Positions 48,287 through 58,552 of a stretch of 64,000 bases of DNA are shown piece after piece (the first letter of the stretch is position 1; each line of letters begins with the position of its first letter). Below the pieces are notes generated by a model. The model had not been told where the DNA came from, searched no databases, and saw only the letters and a program-made list of their open reading frames with translations. Made by a program: the position numbers and the translations under genes. This stretch comes from Candidatus Bathyarchaeota archaeon (GTDB taxonomy: Archaea; Thermoproteota; Bathyarchaeia; 40CM-2-53-6), in the NCBI GenBank assembly GCA_963733055.1, contig CAVTBR010000003.1, positions 128,001-192,000 of the forward strand, given 5' to 3'.

Positions 48287-48903
48287 TGTCTGAAACTCGC
48301 AAGTTTACCGAGGATATATTGAAGGCGGCTGCGGAAAGAGCCGACAAGATCATCCGGGAAGCTGAAGCCGAGACTCAGCGAGCCTCGGACGAGGCTAAAG
48401 CGTCAATATCGAGGGAAGCCGACGCGATTATTCGGAGCGCCCATGCAGATGCCGAAGCGGTAAAACGCCGAGAGACTAGCGAAGCCCGGCACAAATCCAA
48501 ACTTCGAGAGGAGCGGGAGAAGGACGTGGTCATGACCGAAGTACTCGGCCAAGCGAAGAAACGCGTAATGGATATGACGAGAGACGAAAACACATACCTG
48601 CCCTATCTGACAAACCTCGTCGAAAGCGCCATCCGCCAGCTAGGAGATCAAACCCCCCTAATCCACCTCAACAAAGCGGACATGGCGAGGATTAACAGAG
48701 CTAGCCTAGAACGGGAATTAGCTACCGGTCTAAAGAAACCCGTCAAGATCGAATGGTCAAAGGAACCTATTGTCGCGGCAGGCGGGGCGATTGTTTCAAG
48801 CCCCGACGGCAAGACGAGGATCGTGAACACCCTAGATGATAGATTCGACGCCCTAGAATCAAAATTATTGGTTGAAGCAGGCAAATCACTCTTCGGCGAA
48901 TAG
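48283..48903 (+). CDS. atpE: A/V-type ATP synthase subunit E
   Basis: Coiled-coil N-terminus, GG.IV.S.DG.....NT.D.R, LF C-terminus. Confidence 0.88.
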   Translation: MMSETRKFTEDILKAAAERADKIIREAEAETQRASDEAKASISREADAIIRSAHADAEAVKRRETSEARHKSKLREEREKDVVMTEVLGQAKKRVMDMTRDENTYLPYLTNLVESAIRQLGDQTPLIHLNKADMARINRASLERELATGLKKPVKIEWSKEPIVAAGGAIVSSPDGKTRIVNTLDDRFDALESKLLVEAGKSLFGE

Positions 48904-48929
48904 GATCAAACTCTGCGAGATTTAGTAAA

Positions 48930-49949
48930 ATGACCTCCGCAGGACGGTACGCCGAATTAGCGGCCGCGGTCCGTTCGTTCAAAGCGGAACTCGTCCAACC
49001 CTCGCAACTAGAGCGATTCCTCGAAACCGGATCTCTCGCCGAAATCGTAAGCATGATAACAGGAGGCCGAATCACTTCAGTCGACCCATCCGACCTGAGC
49101 CCCGTAGAGTCACTTCTCGTGCAAAGATCCATGGAACTTGCGAAGAGATTAGCTTCCTACGCCCCTCAAGACTCTAGGCCCTTGGTGAACCATTTTTCCA
49201 GAGGATTCGAATACGCCTGTGTTAAGGAGATTCTGAAAGCAAGCTCAGACCAAGTCGACCCGGAAGAGGCTATGAGGCACATTGTTCCGGCCGGCAAGTT
49301 CACGGCGGATCGCTGCAAAGACCTAATTGAATCTCACAATCCAAATCGAGTAATCGAAAGCATTGACGACGAAGCATTAAGACGGTTTGTCGCGCCGAAG
49401 CTTACTGGCGAGAGGGCGAGCTTCCAAACTGTTGCGGCTATAGACCAATACTACTTCATCAAGATGTGGTCCGCATCGAACCTACCCGACCCTCTAGACG
49501 CGCAATCTGCGAAAGGCTTGATCGGGGAAGCAATAGACCACCTGAACATACTACTAGCCCTGCGAGCACGACAGATGGGGTTGGACGCCAGAACCGCTTC
49601 GGAAACAATGATTCCCATCAACTACAGTCTCGGCCAAGCATTCAACGAACTCCCAGAAGCAAACAACATTCAGAACTTGGAGCGCATCCTTGAGAAGACA
49701 CGCTACGCGAATTCATTTCAGGCGGGGACGACGCTCGACGGGGGGCGAGTTGAATGCGAACTTAACCGAAGACACGCTGAGGCGTGTTTGAATACTTTTG
49801 CGGGGTCGCCGTTCAATGTTGGGCTTGCGCTCGCGTTTCTTTTTCTCAAGAGCTATGAGTTGAGAGACCTTTTCAGTTTGGTCAACGCTAAGGCGAACAA
49901 TCTCCCTGCTGACCGAGTCCTGGAATCTCTTATCCTGCGCGCCTCGTGA
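48930..49949 (+). CDS. atpC: A/V-type ATP synthase subunit C
   Basis: Y.......R......L, ID..N....LRA, K.YE...L......K motifs. Confidence 0.82.
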   Translation: MTSAGRYAELAAAVRSFKAELVQPSQLERFLETGSLAEIVSMITGGRITSVDPSDLSPVESLLVQRSMELAKRLASYAPQDSRPLVNHFSRGFEYACVKEILKASSDQVDPEEAMRHIVPAGKFTADRCKDLIESHNPNRVIESIDDEALRRFVAPKLTGERASFQTVAAIDQYYFIKMWSASNLPDPLDAQSAKGLIGEAIDHLNILLALRARQMGLDARTASETMIPINYSLGQAFNELPEANNIQNLERILEKTRYANSFQAGTTLDGGRVECELNRRHAEACLNTFAGSPFNVGLALAFLFLKSYELRDLFSLVNAKANNLPADRVLESLILRAS

Positions 49950-50006
49950 GCCTAGTAAGGGTTATAACGGATTGGTAGCTTTCAGCGCAACAGGTGCTGA
50001 CGAGTA

Positions 50007-50345
50007 ATGAAGCGCAGTCGACAACTAACGTTGAGCGTACTCCTGATGGCTGTTGGAGTCATTACGATTTCCTCAATGGTCGCAGTTGCATTCTCATGGA
50101 GCCCTTCGCAAGCCACAGCGGCTGCTGCCAGCGATAGAGGACTTTTGATCGTTGGGGCAGGAATCGCTGCGGGCCTAGCCTCTTGTGGCGCCGGCATCGG
50201 TCTCGGAACAGCTAGTGCGGCCGCGATAGGAGCGATCGCAGAGAAACCTGAAATGTTGGGCAGAACGTTGCTCTTCGTAGTGCTGATCGAGGCAATCGCG
50301 ATATACGGACTCGCGATGTTCTTCATCATCTACTCCAGAATCTAA
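50007..50345 (+). CDS. atpK: A/V-type ATP synthase proteolipid subunit K/c
   Basis: GAGIG.G...AAAIGAIAEKPE, EAIAIYG. Confidence 0.92.
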   Translation: MKRSRQLTLSVLLMAVGVITISSMVAVAFSWSPSQATAAAASDRGLLIVGAGIAAGLASCGAGIGLGTASAAAIGAIAEKPEMLGRTLLFVVLIEAIAIYGLAMFFIIYSRI

Positions 50346-50755
50346 GGGCAGAGATGCCTCGATCAATTTAGTCAACTCGCGTCGTACGCTCGTGCTCAGA
50401 AATCAAACTTCATAGTCGTCGCACAGAATGCCCTTGGTATATGCACATCAATTCTTATTCTTCACAACTATATACGACCACGTATGGCCTCCGAAGGCGA
50501 AACATCCGCGGAAAGGCGGGGATAGCCGTAGAGGCTACAATAGGTGGCTTGCAATTATCTAAAGCGCGAGTTTACAACAAAGAAAGCCACAAGACGAGAT
50601 AATTATCCTAGGGCTGAACAGCAGTAATTACTTGCAGCATTTGTTCGAGTGTCTGCTTCCTACATTGGTGCTGATTGATACAGTGACCAAAGTAGTGTCG
50701 GAACTTGTATAATCAGAGCGAGTCTATCAATGCTGTGACAATGGGATGATGCTCC

Positions 50756-50938
50756 ATGATATTAACGGGAGTTGCTTTATCTATTTTCAATTTGTTGGCC
50801 GTTGGGATGATTGCGGTACTTCTTTATTCTCTGTGGGGTCTCGGCCGGGGTCTTCCGACCTTCGAAGAGGAAACGAGACCGATCCTCTACGCTATGGATG
50901 GTCGTCAAGAAAGAATTAGCATAGTCGACGAAAAGTAG
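50756..50938 (+). CDS. Small single-TM hypothetical protein
   Basis: ORF track; hydrophobic N-terminal helix. Confidence 0.45.
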   Translation: MILTGVALSIFNLLAVGMIAVLLYSLWGLGRGLPTFEEETRPILYAMDGRQERISIVDEK

Positions 50939-51027
50939 CACGGCAAAAGCACGGCAAGCTAGCTGACTTTAGGGTACCGTTACCATTCGAAGACTATACG
51001 GCCTGAGAGATAGTTTGCTGCAAGAAT

Positions 51028-52497
51028 CTAGGTTTCAGTCCGCGAGATCCTCGTAATCTTAGCCTTGTATATGATACCCGTTGTAGCTAGCGCTGAAATC
51101 CCCAGGAGCAGTATACCTAGAATGTAAAGCCAGTAAAACAACCCGCCTATCGAAGGGTCGACAAAAATCCATAAAGACGTACCCACCATTGCGACGATGA
51201 GACCAACACCGGCTAACCAACCAGTGGTACGTTTCAGCGTTCCTGCAACACCATAGTAGTCAGCGGCTAAAAGGACTAAAGCTACAGCGGCTAGTGTCAT
51301 AATACCGAACATTGGATTAACATTGCTGAACACGGCGTGGTTCGCGGACAAGGTCGAACCAAAGAGGTCCTCATGGAACTCTATGTAAAACCCTTCAATT
51401 ACGCTGTTTACAACCGCGGCAACCCAGACACCAAGCAAAGTCAACCTAATGCTGTCTTTCCATGAACTCTTTCCGTCTAGCTTGGTCAACGCTAAAGGAA
51501 TCAGCACGATCATTGCTCCAAGAGCAGTAATCGTCATGACAGTATCGTCAGCCGCCATTCCATTCACACCCTGAGACCCGCTTTGGAAAAGTAATGGGGG
51601 AGCGAAATTGACGGCAGCCTCGAAGATCATGACGATTGTAATCGCGACTAGGCCGATTGACGTTATCCACAATCCGACATTGGCGAAGCTCCTCTTCAGC
51701 CCTTTCAAATCTAGAACCTTGAAATGCTGTGCTACTAAAGCAACAACTCCGGTCATAATTGCAATTCCCATGTCATGAGAGTGAGGGCCCGCTAGTGCAG
51801 AAATAAAGGTCCCCGCGTCGCCGAAGAACGGGACAAGAAAAGAAAAGACGCCTACACCAAAAATCATCATCCAAAGATTTAGGAATCCAATCATCCCTGC
51901 GACAAATGCAGACCCCACGGAGAACAGTGCCAGCCAGTAACCTGCGCCAGCCTTTGAATACACTGAAAACTCTTTCCTACTCGGAGCCATCCTGAGCACG
52001 TATTGTGGCCACATACGAGGTGGGAACGCATTCATTTCAGGATGGTAAGTTCCGGCCTGCTTTCTTGGTAAGAGCAGGAGTTGAACGAAGAGGGCGCCAC
52101 CTACGTCGCCTATGAGTATGAACGCTACGACATACAAACCTAAAGGTATGTCAGGAAAAGTCGCGTCAAGAGTAGGGCTCAGGTAAAAAATGCCGCCGAC
52201 TGCAGCAAAGACAACAGCCGCATAAGCTCTGTAGGATATGGGAAAATCAATTGGGGGCTCATATTTCTGAAGGTTGAAAATTGAAAGCACCAAATACGTG
52301 GCTAGGGCCGCAATTCCTATGCCTATTGAATGGAAATACAATACGCCATAGTACGTATCCAACCCTGGAGGTAAACCGAGAAGGGCGTAAAGGCCTGCCA
52401 TGACAACGATGATTAGGGTCGTCGCCCACGTGAGCGTTTTGATCGACAACAAGTAGTTGTGCGTATAGGTAACCGACTGTACTTCTTGAATAGTCAA
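51028..52497 (-). CDS. Polytopic membrane protein of unknown function
   Basis: About 12 TM helices; His in FHS, HSH, FHE. Confidence 0.75.
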   Translation of the reverse strand: MTIQEVQSVTYTHNYLLSIKTLTWATTLIIVVMAGLYALLGLPPGLDTYYGVLYFHSIGIGIAALATYLVLSIFNLQKYEPPIDFPISYRAYAAVVFAAVGGIFYLSPTLDATFPDIPLGLYVVAFILIGDVGGALFVQLLLLPRKQAGTYHPEMNAFPPRMWPQYVLRMAPSRKEFSVYSKAGAGYWLALFSVGSAFVAGMIGFLNLWMMIFGVGVFSFLVPFFGDAGTFISALAGPHSHDMGIAIMTGVVALVAQHFKVLDLKGLKRSFANVGLWITSIGLVAITIVMIFEAAVNFAPPLLFQSGSQGVNGMAADDTVMTITALGAMIVLIPLALTKLDGKSSWKDSIRLTLLGVWVAAVVNSVIEGFYIEFHEDLFGSTLSANHAVFSNVNPMFGIMTLAAVALVLLAADYYGVAGTLKRTTGWLAGVGLIVAMVGTSLWIFVDPSIGGLFYWLYILGILLLGISALATTGIIYKAKITRISRTET

Positions 52498-52691
52498 CGG
52501 AATCTCAGCAGCCGCTTCCTCGATAAATACTTAAGATCTTCGTATGTTTAGTAAGTATGAACATAGTTTGTGCTGACGGGAAGTAGAGAGAGCCTGCTCT
52601 AGTCTAACGTGAGCCTCCGCACCATTCCAAAGCGCTCTTCAGACCTCACTCGCCAGCCTTCAGAATCATGAAGGCGGTGCAACAAATCCCG

Positions 52692-54137
52692 TCAGTGCGG
52701 CATGGTTTGAACTGCAGGTATGATCACCTGCTGCAAGAGGGGGGCAGGGTAGAGGCCGAAGATTATGAGTGGTACGAGGAACAGAGCCAGGGTTAGGAGG
52801 GTGTACCAAGGCGCATCACTGAGCGTCATGCGCGTCGTAATAGGAGCCAGGAGCACTCTTCGCAGCATCCAGACAAAGTAACCGGCCGTTATACCTGGAA
52901 CTAGAACCGCTACCGCGTAAAGCGTGTTGACGGATATGCCGGCTAGTAGTATGTAATATTCGCTGATGAAATTACTGAATCCCGGAAAGCCCATAGCCGC
53001 GAGTGAAGCGAGCACTAGAAGGAAGCTGAGTTTGGGCATAGCACTTCCCAAGCCCGAAAGCTCGCGGATGTTTCTCGTGCCCATGTGCTCGTGGATTACG
53101 CCCGACATTAGGAAGAGGGCGCCTATGGCTAGGGCGTGGTTGAACATTTGGAAAACCGCGTTACTGACACCGACCGTGGTCAGCGTGAATGCGCCTAGGA
53201 GAACGTAACCCATGTGGTTGATACTTGTGAACGCGACCATGCGTTTGAAGTCTTGTGCTCTCATAGCTACGATCGCAGCGTAGAACATGGTGAAAATTCC
53301 AACGCCTATGAATGCCGGAGCCAGAAACTTAGATGCCTCCGGCATCAGAAACAGGTTCATCCTGATGAAACCATAACCACCCATCTTCAGCAGCAACCCA
53401 GCTAGTAGTACACTAATCGGGGCTGGTGCCTCAACATGAGCGTCCGGCAACCAGGTATGGAAGGGGAAGATTGGGAGCTTCACTCCGAACCCTATGAAGA
53501 AGCCGAGGGAGATCAGGATCTGGATTACAAATGGAAAATGCATGCTTGTGAGGTCGGTGAAGTTGAAGGTATGTGGGGTCGAGAAGACGTATAGTGCGAT
53601 GAAGCTGAGGAGAAGGAGTATGCTGCCGACGTGGGTCATGATGAGGAATTTCATTGCTGCATACCTCTTGCGTGGACCTCCCCAGACACCAATCAAGAAG
53701 AACATTGGAATGAGCACGAGTTCCCAGAAAACGTAGAACGCGATCAGGTTAAGTGAGGTGAAGACGCCGATGATCGCTCCTTCGAAGAGCAGTAGGAGAG
53801 CATTGTACTCCTTCACCCTGCTTGTGATCTGTTCCCACGAACCCGCGGCAGATAGAGTCGTAAGCAGCGTAGAGATGATTAGCAGCGGCAGGCTGATTCC
53901 GTCAATTCCGACAACATACGTGAGACCGAAATCCTTCGCCCAAGGGTAGCTCTCGACCAATTGAAAGCCAGGAGTGCTCCAGTTGAAGCCTACGAGAATG
54001 AATACGGTTACGGCTACGGTCATCGCGGAAATAATGATGGTTAGCGCCTTCGATACTTTATCGCCCGCAAACCCTGCGAGGTAGACCACGAATGCCCCGA
54101 CGATTGGGCCGAAGATTAGAAAGGATAGGAGCTGCAC
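52692..54137 (-). CDS. nuoM: NADH-quinone oxidoreductase subunit M (copy downstream of nuoL)
   Basis: GIDGIS, FYVFWE..LIPM, K.P.FPFHTWLPDAHVEAP, LLKMGGYG. Confidence 0.93.
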   Translation of the reverse strand: MQLLSFLIFGPIVGAFVVYLAGFAGDKVSKALTIIISAMTVAVTVFILVGFNWSTPGFQLVESYPWAKDFGLTYVVGIDGISLPLLIISTLLTTLSAAGSWEQITSRVKEYNALLLLFEGAIIGVFTSLNLIAFYVFWELVLIPMFFLIGVWGGPRKRYAAMKFLIMTHVGSILLLLSFIALYVFSTPHTFNFTDLTSMHFPFVIQILISLGFFIGFGVKLPIFPFHTWLPDAHVEAPAPISVLLAGLLLKMGGYGFIRMNLFLMPEASKFLAPAFIGVGIFTMFYAAIVAMRAQDFKRMVAFTSINHMGYVLLGAFTLTTVGVSNAVFQMFNHALAIGALFLMSGVIHEHMGTRNIRELSGLGSAMPKLSFLLVLASLAAMGFPGFSNFISEYYILLAGISVNTLYAVAVLVPGITAGYFVWMLRRVLLAPITTRMTLSDAPWYTLLTLALFLVPLIIFGLYPAPLLQQVIIPAVQTMPH

Positions 54138-54147
54138 TCTGGTTACC

Positions 54148-56244
54148 TCAAGTCAGGAAGAAGAGCACGACGACGATTAGAGCGAATAGACCTAAGGCGA
54201 AGACTGTAACGTATTCCTGTGGAACGCCCGTCTGAATTCGTTTGACGGTTGACGAAAACCTCTTTCCCAAGTTCGCAGTGCCGTTAATCCACCCGTCGAC
54301 AATCCCCAAGTCGAGGCCCTCGCCCTCTCTTGACAGGCCAATTGAGGCTTGTGCGACTGCGCCACTTATCCTATCGAAGAATCCGGTTTCCACCGTATTC
54401 TTCAACGCCCCTGCCATCGAGAGGGTTCCGTAGACGAAGGTTCGGTAATAGACGGGGTTAATGTACCATCTGTGCCAGAGGAAATTGTAGACCACCCGCC
54501 CCAAACCCTGATCTCCAACAATAGAGGTGGGTTTCAATTTGCCTGAAATGTAAAGCATGTAGCCGAAGAAACCGCCGACCCCAAGCATGATCAACGAACC
54601 GACGGTGGCAATGAGGCTCGCGTTCTGTTCGACACCCGGGCTAAGCTCCGGAGCCGCGGCGGCAAGTGGAGTTGCGGTAACGAATGCGTTTCGGATGAAT
54701 GATTCGATGAATGGGCCAGTGAACCCGATGGCGACGGTCGCTACAGCCAGGATGACGTATGGAACCCACATTAGTGCTGGCGCTTCGTGAATGTGATGTC
54801 CTTCCTCCTCTAATTTCTTAACATGATCGCTCTTCGGAGAATAGAACACCAAGCCGATTACTTTGAGGCTGTATAGGAACGTCAGGGCCACTGTTCCCCA
54901 CGCGAGCAACATGAGCGGCAATTGTCCTGTGAGGACTGTCGCTGTGATGACGGCGTCCTTGCTCCAGAAACCGCTCAGGGGAGGCACACCCGAAAGTGCG
55001 AGTAATGCAACGACCATAGCAATGAAGGTGATCTTCATCGAATGGCGAAGTCCGCCCATATCACCCATGTACCTCGACTCCACAGCGTGGAGTATGGCTC
55101 CAGCCGCGAGGAATGCCGCCGCCTTGAACAGTGCATGCGTCACCAGATGAAAGATACCGGCGGTAAGCCCCAGAACGAACTGTGAGGCCAACCCACCCGC
55201 GCCGATTCCAAGCATCATGTAGCCAATTTGGGAGATGGTGGAATAGGCGAGGAGTTTCTTGAGTTCCTTTGAAACAACCGCCTGCGTCGCGGCCATGAAA
55301 CAAGTGAACGCCCCGACCCAAGCGATTGCTTCGAAGAAAAAGGTCGGCTGGGCGTACTGGATTACAATGTTGTAGAACATTGGTCCAGCCCTACCTGCAA
55401 GATAGACCCCCGCAGTCACCATGGTCGCCGCATGAATGAGCGCGGAAACCGATGTGGGGCCGGCCATCGCGTCCGGAAGCCATTCGTGGAGTGGGAACTG
55501 GGCGGATTTACCAATTGGTCCCCAGAAGAATAGCAATGCGAGTGGAACCAATAGTCCTGCTTGGGCTAAGGGTAAAGCCCATGAGACGTTCTGCGTGAGT
55601 TGCATAAAGTTCAAAGTGCCTGAATAGGCGTAGATCATGAAGATCGCGATCAGTAGCCCGATATCGCCAATTCTCGTTACGATGAGTGCCTTCATTCCGG
55701 CATGGCTAGGGGAATAGGCCATCGGGACATCTAGTGACTTATCGCCGATTGTTCCGACCCATTTGTCTAAGGGGTCCTTGTACCAATGCCCGATGAGAGC
55801 GTATGAGCAGAGGCCTACGCCTTCCCAACCGAAGAAGAGTTGGAGCAGGTTATCTGACATGACCAGAAGTAGCATGCTTCCTATGAAGAAATTCATGAAA
55901 AACCAGTAGCGGGACAAACCCTCTTCGCCATGCATGTAGGCGATGCTGTAAACCATTATCAGAAAACTGACCCAAGCAACGACATTGGCCATAATGATGC
56001 TCAACGGGTCCAGCAACACGCCCGCGTTGATTCCCACGCTCGCAATCCAGCTTACCTGTAGATCCTGCGTCGAGCCCGAGGCAACCAGGGGCAGCAAGAG
56101 ACCCGCGGAAACTGCGCCGAGAAATGAAAACGCGACCGCGCAATAATCTCTCAGTTTCGGATGAACCATGTCAAAGAGCGGGGTTAGAACTGAACCAATG
56201 AACGGAAAACCGAATGTCAACCAGCCGAAGATTTCGAACAGCAG
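54148..56244 (-). CDS. nuoL: NADH-quinone oxidoreductase subunit L, probable CTG start
   Basis: GWEGVGLCSY.LI, GKSAQFPLH.WLPDAMAGPT.VSALIHAATMV, LAYSTISQ; frame extends to CTG 56244. Confidence 0.93.
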   Translation of the reverse strand: MLFEIFGWLTFGFPFIGSVLTPLFDMVHPKLRDYCAVAFSFLGAVSAGLLLPLVASGSTQDLQVSWIASVGINAGVLLDPLSIIMANVVAWVSFLIMVYSIAYMHGEEGLSRYWFFMNFFIGSMLLLVMSDNLLQLFFGWEGVGLCSYALIGHWYKDPLDKWVGTIGDKSLDVPMAYSPSHAGMKALIVTRIGDIGLLIAIFMIYAYSGTLNFMQLTQNVSWALPLAQAGLLVPLALLFFWGPIGKSAQFPLHEWLPDAMAGPTSVSALIHAATMVTAGVYLAGRAGPMFYNIVIQYAQPTFFFEAIAWVGAFTCFMAATQAVVSKELKKLLAYSTISQIGYMMLGIGAGGLASQFVLGLTAGIFHLVTHALFKAAAFLAAGAILHAVESRYMGDMGGLRHSMKITFIAMVVALLALSGVPPLSGFWSKDAVITATVLTGQLPLMLLAWGTVALTFLYSLKVIGLVFYSPKSDHVKKLEEEGHHIHEAPALMWVPYVILAVATVAIGFTGPFIESFIRNAFVTATPLAAAAPELSPGVEQNASLIATVGSLIMLGVGGFFGYMLYISGKLKPTSIVGDQGLGRVVYNFLWHRWYINPVYYRTFVYGTLSMAGALKNTVETGFFDRISGAVAQASIGLSREGEGLDLGIVDGWINGTANLGKRFSSTVKRIQTGVPQEYVTVFALGLFALIVVVLFFLT

Positions 56245-56245
56245 T

Positions 56246-57715
56246 CTAACCTCCTACTATCGTCTTCACGGCGGGGAGTAGCAGTCGTTCCACCAAATCA
56301 GGGTAAATACCCAATATGAGAGATATCGCGGCGAGAACAATCATCGGTCCAATTACAGTTGCGGGAGCCTCGGTCACGCTGCTGAGCTCATCCGGGAGTT
56401 TACCGAAAAAGATCCGCTTAACGGCCCAAAGGCAATAGCCCGCGGTGATGGCGGTGGAGACGACGCCTAGAAACGACAAGACGAGTCTAGGCATCGAACT
56501 GATGGCGAACGCCTCCTTGAATGCTCCTGCGAAGATCAGGAATTCGGAGAAGAAACCGGTCGTAGGTGGGATGCCCATGATTGTTAGAAATCCGAGGAGG
56601 GCTGCCGTTGCGGTAATTGGCATCTTGGACGCCAACCCTCCCATCTTGCTTATGCTGCGAAGTCCATGGGCCTGGAGTATTATGGCTCCGGCCATCATGA
56701 AGAGAATTCCCTTCCCGAGTCCGTGAGTAACGTACTGGAACATTGCTCCGGAAACTCCGAGTACCTGAACTGAGGATATGCCGAGAAGGATGTAACCCAT
56801 CTGGCTTACACTCGAATAGGCTAGGAGTCTTTTGATGTCGTCTTGCACTAGCGCCATTGCCCCGCCGTAGAACATTGTAACCACCGCCCAGACGGTGAGG
56901 GCAGTTGAAATCGCAAAGAACGCCGTTGGTAGGATGGACATTACGAGGCGAACGATGGCGTAGCCTCCTATGCCGATCATTGCGGGTGATAGTAGGGCGC
57001 TGATGGGTGTGGGCGCTTCTGCGTGAGCGTGTGGCAGCCATATGTGTAGGCCAAATGCTGCCATCTTCACGAGCAATCCGACAACCATTACGATTACGAT
57101 TAGGGCTCGCAGGTTAGCTGGGATGGTTTGAGTGATGATAGTAGCCAAGTCGAAGCTTCCAGTGAGGTAACCGATGGATAGAATTCCAACCAAGAAAGCT
57201 AAGGCGCCGATGTGAGTCCACATGAAATACATGAAGGAAATTCTGTCTCTCTCACCATATCCCCATTTGGCGATGAGAAAGTAAGATGGAATTAACATGA
57301 GTTCGAAGAAGAGGTAGAATTCGATTAGGTTCGTGGCTAGGACGGCGCCCATCATTCCAACGGAATAGAGCAGGAGGAGGGCATAGTACAATCCGAACTG
57401 CCGCTTATCCTCTCCAATGATATGGTTCATGTAAGGCATAGAGTAAATCGACATGAGAGTGCAGAGCAGCGCGATCGTGAACAGGATTGGGACGCTGAGC
57501 CCATCCGCATTCAGGCCAAAGTGGCCGATAGGTTGCCAATTGTAAAACTCTTGAACGCCGCCCTCAGATCCCGCCAACAAAGTTAGAAACGTAGAGTAGG
57601 CCAGAGCAGCGAAAGATAGCCAGCCGGCTTTAGCTCCCCAACGACTCCCCGCGAAGTATGTAATGAAAACGAAGACCAACGGTACTAGCAATATCTGAAG
57701 AAGCTGCATGAGCAA
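56246..57715 (-). CDS. nuoM: NADH-quinone oxidoreductase subunit M (additional copy upstream of nuoL)
   Basis: FYLFFE.MLIP, H.WLP.AH.EAP, KRLLAYSSVSQMG, G.P...GF.SE. Confidence 0.88.
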   Translation of the reverse strand: MLMQLLQILLVPLVFVFITYFAGSRWGAKAGWLSFAALAYSTFLTLLAGSEGGVQEFYNWQPIGHFGLNADGLSVPILFTIALLCTLMSIYSMPYMNHIIGEDKRQFGLYYALLLLYSVGMMGAVLATNLIEFYLFFELMLIPSYFLIAKWGYGERDRISFMYFMWTHIGALAFLVGILSIGYLTGSFDLATIITQTIPANLRALIVIVMVVGLLVKMAAFGLHIWLPHAHAEAPTPISALLSPAMIGIGGYAIVRLVMSILPTAFFAISTALTVWAVVTMFYGGAMALVQDDIKRLLAYSSVSQMGYILLGISSVQVLGVSGAMFQYVTHGLGKGILFMMAGAIILQAHGLRSISKMGGLASKMPITATAALLGFLTIMGIPPTTGFFSEFLIFAGAFKEAFAISSMPRLVLSFLGVVSTAITAGYCLWAVKRIFFGKLPDELSSVTEAPATVIGPMIVLAAISLILGIYPDLVERLLLPAVKTIVGG

Positions 57716-57721
57716 TGGAGT

Positions 57722-58030
57722 CTACCCCTTCAACTTGTCGAGTTTCCTTACATCGATTGATGAGTGGAGTCTGAATGCCACGAGTATGAGAGCTAACCCT
57801 ACCGCTGCCTCCATTGCCGCGGCAGCGATGGAATAGAAGACGATCACCTGTCCTGAAACCTGAGGAGGACTCAGGTACCGGGTGAAAGCAACAAAGTTGA
57901 GGTTTGCCGCATTAACGATCAGTTCAACCGCAAATAGAATGCGGATAGCGTTTCGCTTCACGGTGAGACCGTAGATTCCGATACCGAGGAGGGCGGCGGA
58001 GACAATTATGAAACTAACGAGAGTCGGCAT
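57722..58030 (-). CDS. nuoK: NADH-quinone oxidoreductase subunit K
   Basis: GIYG...RN, EL..NA.N, EAAVGLA. Confidence 0.92.
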   Translation of the reverse strand: MPTLVSFIIVSAALLGIGIYGLTVKRNAIRILFAVELIVNAANLNFVAFTRYLSPPQVSGQVIVFYSIAAAAMEAAVGLALILVAFRLHSSIDVRKLDKLKG

Positions 58031-58032
58031 GT

Positions 58033-58551
58033 CTACCTCTCCACCTTCGCGAGGACAAGGGCGCCGAGTAGGGCCGCGGATAGCAGTAATGCGAGTATGA
58101 TGAGTGGGACCGGGTATTCGCCCGCCAGCACTGGGCCTAATTGTGATATGGGAAGATTTGCGGGCTGAATTGAGGATGGGAGATTCGGTCCGGCCAGCGC
58201 CGCGACCCCTGCAATTGAAACCGCGAGTAGGCCAGCAATCCAGAGTCCCGCGGCTCCTTCTCCTCCCTCCGGCCGCTCGATGGGTTCCACGTTTTCTCGA
58301 CGAACTAACATGATGGTAAAGAGGATTAGAACTACTACGGCGCCTACGTACACAGCTATTTGCAGCATCGCTAGGTAGGGCGCGTCGAGAAAGACGAAAA
58401 ATCCCGCGACGCCTATGAAACTAATCGCGAGCGCAACAGCTCCATAAATGAGTTCCTTGGCCTGTAGCGCGAGAATGGCCGCGAGCAAGGTGACCGTCGT
58501 TAGTACAATGAACGTTATGTCGGGAGGGATTTCTAGAGTGATTCCTACCAA
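58033..58551 (-). CDS. nuoJ: NADH-quinone oxidoreductase subunit J
   Basis: Q..VY.GAV.VL.LF.IML. Confidence 0.92.
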   Translation of the reverse strand: MVGITLEIPPDITFIVLTTVTLLAAILALQAKELIYGAVALAISFIGVAGFFVFLDAPYLAMLQIAVYVGAVVVLILFTIMLVRRENVEPIERPEGGEGAAGLWIAGLLAVSIAGVAALAGPNLPSSIQPANLPISQLGPVLAGEYPVPLIILALLLSAALLGALVLAKVER

Positions 58552-58552
58552 T

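Noticed and set aside
50937-50957. Tandem AGCACGGCAA duplication
   Set aside because: Only two short copies; compatible with chance or slippage.
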